From: a virus
Taxonomy: Duplodnaviria; Caudoviricetes
Length of the DNA stretch: 47,285 nucleotides
IMG/VR virus record: IMGVR_UViG_3300002180_000019
Location: 1 to 47,285 of that record
Direction: 5' to 3' (one strand)
In this document: positions 1 through 7,632 of the stretch, one piece after another
Layout: the number at the start of each line of letters is the position of its first letter
Numbering within the stretch: position 1 is the first letter of the stretch
The notes under the pieces: model-generated
Seen by the model: the letters and a program-made list of their open reading frames with translations, nothing else
What the model was told of the DNA's origin: nothing
Databases searched by the model: none
Program-made: the position numbers and the translations under genes

Positions 1-42
1 ATTTTCCTTTTTCCCTTTAAAAAAAAAAAAAAAAAAAAAAAA
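1..42 (+). repeat. Terminal overlap, left copy: ATTTTCCTTTTTCCCTTT followed by A24
   Basis: Matches 47235-47285 apart from one T inside the A run. Confidence 0.85.
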
Positions 43-50
43 CAAAAGAA

Positions 51-151
51 AGGACAGAACTGGGAAGGACAGAACTCTCAAGAGAGACAAGCTCAGAGAA
101 AGCTCCAAGAGACAAGCTTCAAAGGGACAACTCTCAAGAGAGACTATTCCA
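51..151 (+). repeat. Degenerate tandem array of about seven 12-15 bp units (AGGACAGAACTCTCA / AGAGAGACAAGCTCA-like)
   Basis: Units at 51-65, 66-80, 81-95, 96-107, 108-121, 122-136, 137-151. Confidence 0.75.
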
Positions 152-170
152 AGAAAAGTCAAAAATTGAC
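152..170 (+). repeat. Dispersed 19-bp motif, copy 1
   Basis: AGAAAAGTCAAAAATTGAC. Confidence 0.85.
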
Positions 171-173
171 GTC

Positions 174-238
174 CCAGAAAAGTCAAACCGAACATGGCGG
201 AAATGGGGCGTCCGGTCATTACACGTTACACGGTTCAC
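174..238 (+). repeat. Arm of imperfect ~65-bp inverted repeat (partner 47087-47152)
   Basis: AGAAAAGTCAAAccGAAcATGG...CATTACAcgTTACACGGTtCAC aligns with the reverse complement of 47087-47152. Confidence 0.8.
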
Positions 239-283
239 ATTATACGATTCACATTACATAATTACATAACTGTATAATAACTA

Positions 284-312
284 TTGACACGCTGTTAAAA
301 ATGTGGTATCAT
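284..312 (+). promoter_or_regulatory. Sigma70/SigA-type early promoter
   Basis: TTGACA-17 bp-TATCAT with TGTG extended -10, followed by AAAGGAG RBS and the gene at 331. Confidence 0.8.
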
Positions 313-330
313 GTTTATATATGAAAGGAG

Positions 331-606
331 GTGAATTTAATGAGAGATGAAAGAGGACTTGCAGAACATATAAATGGGATTGTTAATACTTTTGATTTGA
401 TAGAAGATGAACATAGAAAGTATATCAATCGAGTACGTAAACATTTCCTTTCAACATTTGATTTTGATTATCATAAGTATACTCTTAAAGAATTTGATAA
501 GAAATTTGATGAAGCTTTCGGACCGCCTTTTAGAACATCTCTTGGAGATTTCAAAACTATTTTTAGATCTTATCTTCTGAGTTTAATTAAATTAAAGGGA
601 GAATAA
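331..606 (+). CDS. Hypothetical protein
   Basis: ORF with strong RBS after the promoter; GTG at 331 or ATG at 340. Confidence 0.7.
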   Translation: MNLMRDERGLAEHINGIVNTFDLIEDEHRKYINRVRKHFLSTFDFDYHKYTLKEFDKKFDEAFGPPFRTSLGDFKTIFRSYLLSLIKLKGE

Positions 607-611
607 AAAAG

Positions 612-809
612 ATGAAAAAAGATAGGTATTATAACATCGTAACTTTTATGGCCCAAACAGAGAATAATCCCAAACTTTCATGGGAAGAGTGTAAGTTTCT
701 AGCCAGGAAATGGTTTATCAAGGCAGGATTTAAAGGTGTGAATTATAGACTTTTAAAGAAATCTTGGAAAGAATTCTCCAAGGCTTCGGGAGTTAAAGTA
801 TTTATCTAA
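612..809 (+). CDS. Hypothetical basic protein
   Basis: GGAG RBS, packed in operon. Confidence 0.7.
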   Translation: MKKDRYYNIVTFMAQTENNPKLSWEECKFLARKWFIKAGFKGVNYRLLKKSWKEFSKASGVKVFI

Positions 810-838
810 ATCTGGCAAGGCCAGAAAGGAGAAGGAAA

Positions 839-1123
839 ATGACTAAGGTGAATAAGATAATTAAAGAGATTAAAGAAAAAAAGGAAATGAATAGAAAACT
901 TATAGTCAAGGCACTTATTTTTAATCTTATACGTGAGGAAAAAGACAAAGATCTAAAATCTTATATTCAAAATCTCCGAAAAATTTTCATAGAAACTTTC
1001 TTCTCAAACTTTGATTTTAAGACTCTATCTAAAGAGAGACTCAAAGTACTTGAAGAAGCCTTTGAAAAAGCTCTTGATAAAACACTTGAAGTCACACTTA
1101 AAGATCTAATTCCTTTAATCTAA
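839..1123 (+). CDS. Hypothetical protein
   Basis: AAAGGAG RBS. Confidence 0.7.
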   Translation: MTKVNKIIKEIKEKKEMNRKLIVKALIFNLIREEKDKDLKSYIQNLRKIFIETFFSNFDFKTLSKERLKVLEEAFEKALDKTLEVTLKDLIPLI

Positions 1124-1141
1124 AAAGAAAGGAGAAAGAAA

Positions 1142-1354
1142 ATGTTAGAAGATTTGGCTAAAGCAATATTAAAGGCTGCTAAAATGCGTGAGGATTCATA
1201 TAATAAAAGAAAAAGAAAATATACAACCTCTCTTTTAGATTGTTGCAATACAGCAACTAAAAGTGTGAATGGAAATTTAAAAGATGCCAAAATAGTATAT
1301 ACTCTTCTTGCACTTGGTTGGAATGATGCTATTGACTGGGCAGAACAATATTAA
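1142..1354 (+). CDS. Hypothetical protein
   Basis: AAAGGAG RBS. Confidence 0.7.
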   Translation: MLEDLAKAILKAAKMREDSYNKRKRKYTTSLLDCCNTATKSVNGNLKDAKIVYTLLALGWNDAIDWAEQY

Positions 1355-1369
1355 AAAAGGAGATAAAAA

Positions 1370-1561
1370 ATGTTAATCAAAAACCTTATCAAAGAACTTC
1401 AAGAGGAAGAAGACCAAGATAAAAGAGTAATCATTGGCATATCAGGAAATGATGAAGAAGGGATAATCTACTATGGAATCAGCATGGTAGCAAATATAGA
1501 TGGTAACTGTATAATTTTTGACAGTATCCGTACAAGTCTTGAAAAGAAGGAGGAAAAATGA
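1370..1561 (+). CDS. Hypothetical protein
   Basis: AAGGAG RBS; ATGA overlap with the next gene. Confidence 0.7.
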   Translation: MLIKNLIKELQEEEDQDKRVIIGISGNDEEGIIYYGISMVANIDGNCIIFDSIRTSLEKKEEK

Positions 1562-1947
1562 AAACTATATCTGACAAATGCGAAGCCATAAAGTTTGTAC
1601 TACACCCAGAATCAGAAAATCAAATTGAGCTAGAAGATTGGCTGCGACAGGAAGCTCCTTCTATTACACAGACAGAACTCCAACATATAATCAAGTGTAT
1701 AAAGAGTATAGTCGCAGACATCTTTGAGATACACTCTGCAGGACACTTCGGCAGAGCTGTCATAGCCAATGATTTTATTTCAGCAGTCTTAAGAGCAGAT
1801 GAAATAAATGTACGCTATCTGCGTCTTTATGCTAGGTTTTTAGTAAACTATGTTGCTATAGGAAAGCTAGCACAGATATTTGCATTAACAGATCCATTAG
1901 TTACTATTATAAAGTCAATCATATCCCTACCAGAAAAGGAGATTTAA
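1558..1947 (+). CDS. Hypothetical phage protein
   Basis: AGGAGG RBS; GxFxxAVxxNDxxxAVxRADxxN pattern that I recall from small phage proteins. Confidence 0.7.
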   Translation: MKTISDKCEAIKFVLHPESENQIELEDWLRQEAPSITQTELQHIIKCIKSIVADIFEIHSAGHFGRAVIANDFISAVLRADEINVRYLRLYARFLVNYVAIGKLAQIFALTDPLVTIIKSIISLPEKEI

Positions 1948-1949
1948 AG

Positions 1950-2273
1950 ATGGCAAGATATATGTGTGGCTTTAGAACTACAGATCCAACTTTCTGGAAT
2001 ACAGTAAAAGAACACACAGAAAGATTTCCAGAAATCCAACCATTTCTCCCAACAAAAATAAGAAAGTTTAGAACAAAAAAAGAATGCCTTGCCCAGATAG
2101 GCTGTCCTATGGTAAACTGCAGGGATTGTAAAATTCCAGATCATCTCAAGAAATATCAGTGGGTTTACAGTGATCCACAAGAGTTTAATCTAATCAAGAA
2201 GGCTCATAAACAATCTTTAATAGAAGAAGATATAGTTCTTTGGAAGGAGAAGAAAAATGAAGACACTTTTTAA
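1950..2273 (+). CDS. Hypothetical Cys-rich protein
   Basis: AAAGGAG RBS; C-x5-C-x4-CxxC cluster. Confidence 0.7.
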   Translation: MARYMCGFRTTDPTFWNTVKEHTERFPEIQPFLPTKIRKFRTKKECLAQIGCPMVNCRDCKIPDHLKKYQWVYSDPQEFNLIKKAHKQSLIEEDIVLWKEKKNEDTF

Positions 2274-2418
2274 ATTAGAGAAAGAATGTAAACATTCCAG
2301 ATGATACTCTTCAATAGATGATAAATTTCCTATTGATACAATCTATGTAAAAAGAGAGTTTTCTAACGAAAAAGATGAGATTGTAGTTTCCTTGGAGAAA
2401 AGAAATGATAAGGAATAA
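2257..2418 (+). pseudogene. 53-codon ORF interrupted by in-frame TGA at 2302-2304
   Basis: AAGGAG RBS; reads MKTLFKLEKECKHSR*YSSIDDKFPIDTIYVKREFSNEKDEIVVSLEKRNDKE and fills the gap between neighbours. Confidence 0.6.
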
Positions 2419-2500
2419 TTGGGAAGATCCTAATTATATACTTATGTGGGTTTTATATCTGGTATTTCTAATCTTTATGGACAGGTTTTTATTAGGATGA
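2405..2500 (+). CDS. Small membrane peptide (31 aa), not in the ORF track
   Basis: GGAG RBS; MIRNNWEDPNYILMWVLYLVFLIFMDRFLLG. Confidence 0.55.
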   Translation: MIRNNWEDPNYILMWVLYLVFLIFMDRFLLG

Positions 2501-2514
2501 AAGGAAATAATAAT

Positions 2515-2868
2515 ATGAATAAAAATGTCAGATGTATTCCATTTGTCGGTATTAAAAACGCTTATATGGTTATTTCTGGTTATAAGGAAGAAACAGGCAA
2601 TGGCGTTAAAAAGTGTATGTCATTTTTCTATGACAACGGTGATATAGGTGCAGAATGGGAGCCAGACAATGGGCCAATTACTGTCATTTATAAGTGCAAC
2701 AAAGCTCATGAAAAGGCAGAGAAACATTGGTTCTATGATTATTGCACAGGGTATGGGAACTGGTCACAGTTAGCTGTTGAGTCTGAAGGATTACCGAATG
2801 CATTTTTAACTGGGGCTTATGACTATTTATTTGCAGTCTTAAAAAAATGGGCTAGTAATCAAACCTAA
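2515..2868 (+). CDS. Hypothetical protein
   Basis: Start moved from 2446 to the ATG at 2515, after an AAAGGA RBS. Confidence 0.65.
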   Translation: MNKNVRCIPFVGIKNAYMVISGYKEETGNGVKKCMSFFYDNGDIGAEWEPDNGPITVIYKCNKAHEKAEKHWFYDYCTGYGNWSQLAVESEGLPNAFLTGAYDYLFAVLKKWASNQT

Positions 2869-2885
2869 TGCTAAAGGAGATTAAA

Positions 2886-3098
2886 ATGCTAAACATAACA
2901 CAACTTAAAGTTGGAGATAAGGTTCATTATCAGCCACCGTGCTATGGTGATAAAGTATGGGACAATGGAATTGTGAAAGAGATAGAGACAAAAGATAATG
3001 TATGGGTAGTCTATAGTTGTGATGAGAATTGGGATAGGTATATGGATTATGTAAGTGAAAGAACAAACCTGCGAGACTTAAAGGAAGGATGGAGATAA
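2886..3098 (+). CDS. Hypothetical protein (LKVGDKVHY, SH3/KOW-like start)
   Basis: AAAGGAG RBS before ATG 2886. Confidence 0.65.
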   Translation: MLNITQLKVGDKVHYQPPCYGDKVWDNGIVKEIETKDNVWVVYSCDENWDRYMDYVSERTNLRDLKEGWR

Positions 3099-3100
3099 AA

Positions 3101-3478
3101 ATGGAAATAGATCATAAATCGGCTAAAGAACAATGCGCTATGGATATAAAAGGTGTCTGCGCACAATGTGGAAATATGGTTGAACCGTTAGAGGTTGTTC
3201 ATGGACCTAGAAATCCTACATACTGGAACGGGTGTACTAAATGCCAAAGGTATACTGATGGAGTCGATCCAAAAGTATATAGAATAGCTGAAAGAATGGT
3301 TAGAGACAAAGGATTTAAATATTTTAAAGGCGTTGTAGATAGAGAAAGCGATAGTTTTGAAGATAAGGAGTATAAGACTAGGCATCAAATAAGCGGAACT
3401 TGTTATATTATTAGTGATGTCTTAGAATTGATAAAAGATGACGAGAGGAAATGGAATGAAAGCAAAGATGAAGGATAA
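3101..3478 (+). CDS. Zn-ribbon protein, paralog of 4188-4535
   Basis: CxxCG...GCxxC; GGAG RBS before ATG 3101. Confidence 0.75.
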   Translation: MEIDHKSAKEQCAMDIKGVCAQCGNMVEPLEVVHGPRNPTYWNGCTKCQRYTDGVDPKVYRIAERMVRDKGFKYFKGVVDRESDSFEDKEYKTRHQISGTCYIISDVLELIKDDERKWNESKDEG

Positions 3479-3668
3479 TCTAATTAAAAGATACGAAAAA
3501 GTTTTGCCTGGGGAAATTGCTGCACAAGAAGAAGGGGATAAAACTATTGCTTTTTTAAAGTCTATTGAAAATCAGGAGGTTGACCTTGTCTTTACAGCTG
3601 GTGATGCTTTTGAAAGAGAAGATAATGATATCTGGTTGCCGGATGAACTTTGGGTAAAGATAGAATAA
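3456..3668 (+). CDS. Hypothetical protein
   Basis: ORF in operon; start uncertain (3438, 3456 or 3468). Confidence 0.6.
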   Translation: MKAKMKDNLIKRYEKVLPGEIAAQEEGDKTIAFLKSIENQEVDLVFTAGDAFEREDNDIWLPDELWVKIE

Positions 3669-3686
3669 ATAAACAAAGGAGAAAAA

Positions 3687-3887
3687 ATGGAAATAACAGA
3701 CGATAGAGAAAAAGGGAGTATCCAAACTAAGGCCATGCTTTTCATCCTCGGAATAATTTTCGGGCTTTTCCTGGGGTACTTCTGGCGGATAGCTCAGGAA
3801 CCTCATAGTTGGTCTGATGTTAAAACAAACAATCGCATAATATTAAAGATGGCAAAACAATTAGGAGAAAACAAATGGAAATTATAG
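3687..3887 (+). CDS. Small single-pass membrane protein
   Basis: Hydrophobic AMLFILGIIFGLFLGYFW; AAAGGAG RBS. Confidence 0.7.
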   Translation: MEITDDREKGSIQTKAMLFILGIIFGLFLGYFWRIAQEPHSWSDVKTNNRIILKMAKQLGENKWKL

Positions 3888-4165
3888 CAAAAACAAAAAA
3901 CGGATGCTTAATCCAAGCATCAAAGCACGAAGTTAAAGAAATTATACAGGCTGTTTCTGGTAAAGATAAAGATCAAGAATTATCTATAGGGCAAAAAATA
4001 CCAGCAATAGATTATGCAACGACTATTACACGAGTAAAAGCACTCGGTAGAAATCATGATTATCAAATGCTGCTGAATAATGTTGAAGGGCTTAATGTCA
4101 CTATACAAACCTTGAAAGAGTCAATTCGAAAGGCAAGTTTAATTGAGTTAGAACAAAACCTTTAA
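3875..4165 (+). CDS. Hypothetical protein
   Basis: AGGAG RBS. Confidence 0.7.
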   Translation: MEIIAKTKNGCLIQASKHEVKEIIQAVSGKDKDQELSIGQKIPAIDYATTITRVKALGRNHDYQMLLNNVEGLNVTIQTLKESIRKASLIELEQNL

Positions 4166-4187
4166 AGCAGAAAGGTTGGAGATAAAA

Positions 4188-4535
4188 ATGGAAATAGAAT
4201 ATAAGATAACTAAAGAACAATGTGCTAAAAAGATAAAAGGTGTATGTTCATACTGTGGAGGAAGGCTTGAACCGTTAAAGGTTAATGATGGTTCTAAATA
4301 TCCTACATACTTGAGTGGGTGCAATAGATGCCAGGCATTTAATGAAGGCGTCGACCCAGAAATATACAGAACAGCTAAAAAAATAGTAGAAGAAGGATTT
4401 AGATATCACAGTCATCTTAAAGATAAAGAAAGTGATAGCTTAGAAACTAAACAGTATAAAACTAAATGTCACATAGGCGACACTTGCATACTCATTAAAA
4501 AAATACTGGAGGTAATGAAAGATGAAAATAAATAA
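4188..4535 (+). CDS. Zn-ribbon protein, paralog of 3101-3478
   Basis: Colinear similarity: KEQCA..IKGVC..CG..EPL.V..G..PTY..GC..CQ..GVDP..YR.A..ESDS.E.K.YKT. Confidence 0.75.
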   Translation: MEIEYKITKEQCAKKIKGVCSYCGGRLEPLKVNDGSKYPTYLSGCNRCQAFNEGVDPEIYRTAKKIVEEGFRYHSHLKDKESDSLETKQYKTKCHIGDTCILIKKILEVMKDENK

Positions 4536-4692
4536 TTCTGAAGATAATAAGATAATAAAATGTACAAACTGCCAAGGGACTGGGAAGCAGGTTTTCCATA
4601 GACCCTTTGAGTCTGTAATGGGGACTTGTAATTTTTGCAAAGGTACTGGGAAAAGAGATAATCGGATTATATTAAGAGGAGGGATTAGATAA
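4522..4692 (+). CDS. Small DnaJ-type zinc-finger protein (56 aa), not in the ORF track
   Basis: Two CxxCxGxG motifs (CTNCQGTG, CNFCKGTG); GGAGG RBS; TAATG overlap with the next gene. Confidence 0.7.
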   Translation: MKINNSEDNKIIKCTNCQGTGKQVFHRPFESVMGTCNFCKGTGKRDNRIILRGGIR

Positions 4693-4880
4693 TGAAGAAA
4701 GATTATAATGGCAAAGAAAGCCTAACCCTAGGGAAGTTTAGAGAAATGACAAAAGATTTAGACGACTCGACTATTATGTTTATTAAACTCCCTGAGGATT
4801 TTGGCGGAAAGTATGACATGTTTTTATCAGACTGGATAATAGAAAACGGTAAGCTTTATTTTGCGTTTAATGAATTATAA
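4692..4880 (+). CDS. Hypothetical protein
   Basis: GGAGG RBS. Confidence 0.7.
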   Translation: MKKDYNGKESLTLGKFREMTKDLDDSTIMFIKLPEDFGGKYDMFLSDWIIENGKLYFAFNEL

Positions 4881-4895
4881 AAGGAGGGAATAAAA

Positions 4896-4991
4896 ATGAT
4901 CCTTGCATTTGAAATCCTTGGAGGTATTTGTTTAGTAATGGCAGTTATAGTAGTCCTGGAACGCTTTGCAAAAAATAAGAAAAGGGATTAG
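4896..4991 (+). CDS. Small membrane peptide (31 aa), not in the ORF track
   Basis: AAGGAGG RBS; MILAFEILGGICLVMAVIVVLERFAKNKKRD. Confidence 0.65.
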   Translation: MILAFEILGGICLVMAVIVVLERFAKNKKRD

Positions 4992-5008
4992 CAGTAGGAG
5001 GAATAAAA

Positions 5009-5173
5009 ATGGTAAAAATAGAGCTATCATTAAAGCACGCATTGGAATACATAATCTTAGGCATTGAAAATGAACGGTATCAAGCGGCTATAAATCTTGC
5101 GCAAGATTTGATAGATAAATTAAACGCCCAAACGAAAACTAACCAGGCGCTTGACCCTGACGGCAAAAAATAA
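5009..5173 (+). CDS. Hypothetical protein (54 aa), not in the ORF track
   Basis: AGGAGG RBS; MVKIELSLKHALEY...NQALDPDGKK. Confidence 0.65.
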   Translation: MVKIELSLKHALEYIILGIENERYQAAINLAQDLIDKLNAQTKTNQALDPDGKK

Positions 5174-5206
5174 ATGGCTAATCAGAGAAGGGAGGGGTAA
5201 AGCACA

Positions 5207-5668
5207 ATGAGCTATAAAAATATAGCAATTTACGTAAGTAAAAAAAGAAAGGAAACTAACATGACAAAAAAATGGAAAGGTAGTCACAATGACCTTCGAA
5301 GTATAATTAAATCTTCAAATATCCAGGGGTCTTGGAGTATTGACGCAAAAAATAAGTATACTTTTCATAGCCTAAAAGGGGGAATTCTAAACTGGTGGCC
5401 AAAGACTTATACAATGCAATTTCAAGGTTCAAAGGAGGGAAAGAGGGAATTAGAAAATATCTTCAATCAAACTTCATTTGAGTCTAAAATAGATGAATTT
5501 CAAAAGGATTTAGAAGATCTAATCAACACGCACAGTATTGAAAATATCTGTAATATACCAGATTTCATACTCGCAGAGACACTAGTTAAACTTATCCAGG
5601 TTTTCGATGATTTAATCAAAAAAACCTTACATCATCGCTGTTCTGGAGCTGAGGAGGGTCCATTTTAA
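5207..5668 (+). CDS. Hypothetical two-domain protein
   Basis: N-terminal GGILNWWPKTYTMQFQG block and C-terminal LINTHSIENICNIPDFILAE block; alternative start 5261. Confidence 0.7.
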   Translation: MSYKNIAIYVSKKRKETNMTKKWKGSHNDLRSIIKSSNIQGSWSIDAKNKYTFHSLKGGILNWWPKTYTMQFQGSKEGKRELENIFNQTSFESKIDEFQKDLEDLINTHSIENICNIPDFILAETLVKLIQVFDDLIKKTLHHRCSGAEEGPF

Positions 5669-5669
5669 T

Positions 5670-5849
5670 ATGAATAACTTAGATAAAATAGTAAAACTAT
5701 TATATGAGGAAGTTAAGATCAAACATGAGAAAAATCCACAGCTAAATCAAATCTCAATAATGTATTCTATTTTTAAAATTCTTGATAGAAAGTGGTCTGA
5801 TATGATGTCGAAAGAGAGATTTCCTAAGAAACGTCAAAAATCGACCTAG
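5670..5849 (+). CDS. Hypothetical protein (59 aa), not in the ORF track
   Basis: Open frame MNNLDKIVKLLYEE...KKRQKST filling the gap. Confidence 0.6.
   Translation: MNNLDKIVKLLYEEVKIKHEKNPQLNQISIMYSIFKILDRKWSDMMSKERFPKKRQKST
5827..5845 (+). repeat. Dispersed 19-bp motif, copy 2
   Basis: AGAAACGTCAAAAATCGAC, just before a stop codon and RBS. Confidence 0.85.
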
Positions 5850-5860
5850 AAAGGAGAATA

Positions 5861-6214
5861 ATGAAAACTGTAACAGAGAAAATATTCGATAGAGCTTTAG
5901 AGTATCTTAACAAAAACGAAGCGGCAGAGATATGGCTCCCCTGTATTGATAAGAATCAAGCAAACTCTTTACGAGTAATGCTTTACAGAGAAAGAGCTCG
6001 CTACAGAGATACAGTCGATTCAAATATAGAAGCAAAGCTTGGAATATCAAAGACTATAGACAATGAGCAACATTATGTTGTGCTCTTAATAAGAGGAGCA
6101 GATGCTTTGATTAAAGGCTTTGTCAAAGAAAAGAATTCAATAGCAGAATTTTCAATAGAAGGAGAAAAAGATGAAAGTTCCAACAGTAAGTCTAGACCAG
6201 ATTCCACAGGCTGA
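5861..6214 (+). CDS. Hypothetical protein, probable paralog of 6526-6936
   Basis: EIWLPCIDKNQ vs ELYIPCETKQE; KLGISKT vs KLQIADT. Confidence 0.75.
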   Translation: MKTVTEKIFDRALEYLNKNEAAEIWLPCIDKNQANSLRVMLYRERARYRDTVDSNIEAKLGISKTIDNEQHYVVLLIRGADALIKGFVKEKNSIAEFSIEGEKDESSNSKSRPDSTG

Positions 6215-6503
6215 AAGAGAAGAAGCTGAGGCCTTACTTAAACAGTTAGGTATTACAGTTGATTCACCAAAGGAGAAAACTTATATACCTAATCCTTACT
6301 ATATAAAATATGAAGCTGTCTGTCTTCATTGCTCTAGCAAAACAACAAAACTTTTCTACATGTCTTATAATAATGATGCTAAAGCTTTAACTTCTAGAGA
6401 AATCTATGAAATTCCAAATGGAGCTAAAGTACAAGAGGATTCTTTGGCTGTTGCCTATTGCCCTAAGTGCCCTAAGTGTCCTACATGTAAAAGACTGTTA
6501 TAA
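6171..6503 (+). CDS. Zn-ribbon protein
   Basis: CLHC and CPKCPKCPTC; AAGGAG RBS. Confidence 0.75.
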   Translation: MKVPTVSLDQIPQAEREEAEALLKQLGITVDSPKEKTYIPNPYYIKYEAVCLHCSSKTTKLFYMSYNNDAKALTSREIYEIPNGAKVQEDSLAVAYCPKCPKCPTCKRLL

Positions 6504-6525
6504 CAATAGAGAAAGGAATCATCCT

Positions 6526-6936
6526 GTGCAAAATAGTATAATAGATGCTTGGTTTCGAGAGATACTTAAGCTTCCAGTAGGAGACGAATTATATATCCCT
6601 TGCGAAACAAAACAGGAGCAGAAGAACATAAAAAGAGCCTTTTTCAGACAGATAAAGGAATATTCTTTTGTTCAGGCTGAGGAAGCTTCAAAGCTGCAAA
6701 TAGCAGATACTTTCAGAGATGGGAGGCTCTGGATCTTAGCAACAAGAAAATCTCAAAGTCCACTTGTAGGGTTCAAAAAGTCTTCTAGTGGTAAAATAGC
6801 CAAGTTTATTGTAACTGAAGACCCTGCAAGACGAAGAAGAATAGAAATGATGATACAAGATAGGCTGCCAAAAAAAGAGATAAATGATCTGCTTGATCCG
6901 CCTTTGACAGAGGAAGAGGAAAAAGAGTTCTTTTAG
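6526..6936 (+). CDS. Hypothetical protein, probable paralog of 5861-6214
   Basis: GTG start at 6526 after AAAGGA; the track start 6406 overlaps the upstream gene. Confidence 0.7.
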   Translation: MQNSIIDAWFREILKLPVGDELYIPCETKQEQKNIKRAFFRQIKEYSFVQAEEASKLQIADTFRDGRLWILATRKSQSPLVGFKKSSSGKIAKFIVTEDPARRRRIEMMIQDRLPKKEINDLLDPPLTEEEEKEFF

Positions 6937-6971
6937 GGCTGTAAAAAAGTGGATAGGCTGTATTTTTTTCC

Positions 6972-7001
6972 TTGACACGCTTGGGATGGATATGGTAAAA
7001 T
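6972..7001 (+). promoter_or_regulatory. Sigma70-type promoter of the replication operon
   Basis: TTGACA-18 bp-TAAAAT with TG extended -10. Confidence 0.7.
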
Positions 7002-7002
7002 G

Positions 7003-7032
7003 TGAACAATCGAACAATCGAACAAATGTTCA
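7003..7032. promoter_or_regulatory. Operator-like array ending in GAAC-N4-GTTC (LexA/Cheo-box-like)
   Basis: TGAACAAT CGAACAAT CGAACAAATGTTCA, between the -10 and the RBS. Confidence 0.7.
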
Positions 7033-7045
7033 TGAGGAGCAAGAT

Positions 7046-7291
7046 TTGAAAAAGGACTTGCACATACTATTGCACAAGGAAATAAAAGAGACTGTAGCTA
7101 TCCTTGCGGTTAAGGAAGATTGCTCTATTAGTGAGCTTATAAGTAGAGCAATTCAGGCCTATAAAATATTTTTAAGCGGAAAGGAGGTAGATGGAAAAGA
7201 CACAGACGAGGCAGTAGAGTTAACAGAAAATAGTTCAAATTTAAAAAAGGAGAAGAAAGATGGCAAAAAGAAAGTTAGAAAAAGAGATTAA
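7046..7291 (+). CDS. Ribbon-helix-helix (CopG/Arc-like) DNA-binding protein
   Basis: TTG start after GAGGAG; KDLHILL (strand), KEIKETVAILAVKEDCSISELISRAI (two helices). Confidence 0.7.
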   Translation: MKKDLHILLHKEIKETVAILAVKEDCSISELISRAIQAYKIFLSGKEVDGKDTDEAVELTENSSNLKKEKKDGKKKVRKRD

Positions 7292-7622
7292 TGGCAGTGT
7301 TGTTACTTTCAAGGAAGTTATAACTGGAAAAACTCTAAGTTATGATTTTGCAAAGCTTCCGAAGGAAATTCAATCTAAGTTTGGTCCTTTTGGCTTAGGG
7401 CATAAGCTTGGCGATTCAGCCGCTGGTAGGAAAGGTCAAGAGGCTGTTGATGCTATTTCAAAAGTATGGAAGGGATTGATGGAAAGTAACTGGAGTGTAA
7501 GAGCACCTGCAGCTCCGAAGCTGTCCAAGAAAGATTTGGTTGACAAAATCAGTGGGATGTCAGAGAAAGAGGCAAAAGCCGCCAAAGACTTACTGAGCAA
7601 ACTTGGCATAGCTGTAGACTAG
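7260..7622 (+). CDS. Hypothetical basic protein, paralog of 46336-46821
   Basis: FGLGHKLGDS...VWKGLMESNW vs YGLKQKLSDS...VYNRLKEGKW. Confidence 0.8.
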   Translation: MAKRKLEKEINGSVVTFKEVITGKTLSYDFAKLPKEIQSKFGPFGLGHKLGDSAAGRKGQEAVDAISKVWKGLMESNWSVRAPAAPKLSKKDLVDKISGMSEKEAKAAKDLLSKLGIAVD

Positions 7623-7632
7623 TCTATAATCT

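Noticed and set aside
51-151. CRISPR array or mini-array
   Set aside because: Units are 12-15 bp, degenerate and abut each other with no unique spacers; the only Cas-like gene is a solo Cas4-type nuclease in a recombination module.
7603-7630. Internal promoter TTGGCA-16-TATAAT
   Set aside because: Plausible, but +1 would fall inside the predicted closing stem and there is no independent support; left uncalled.
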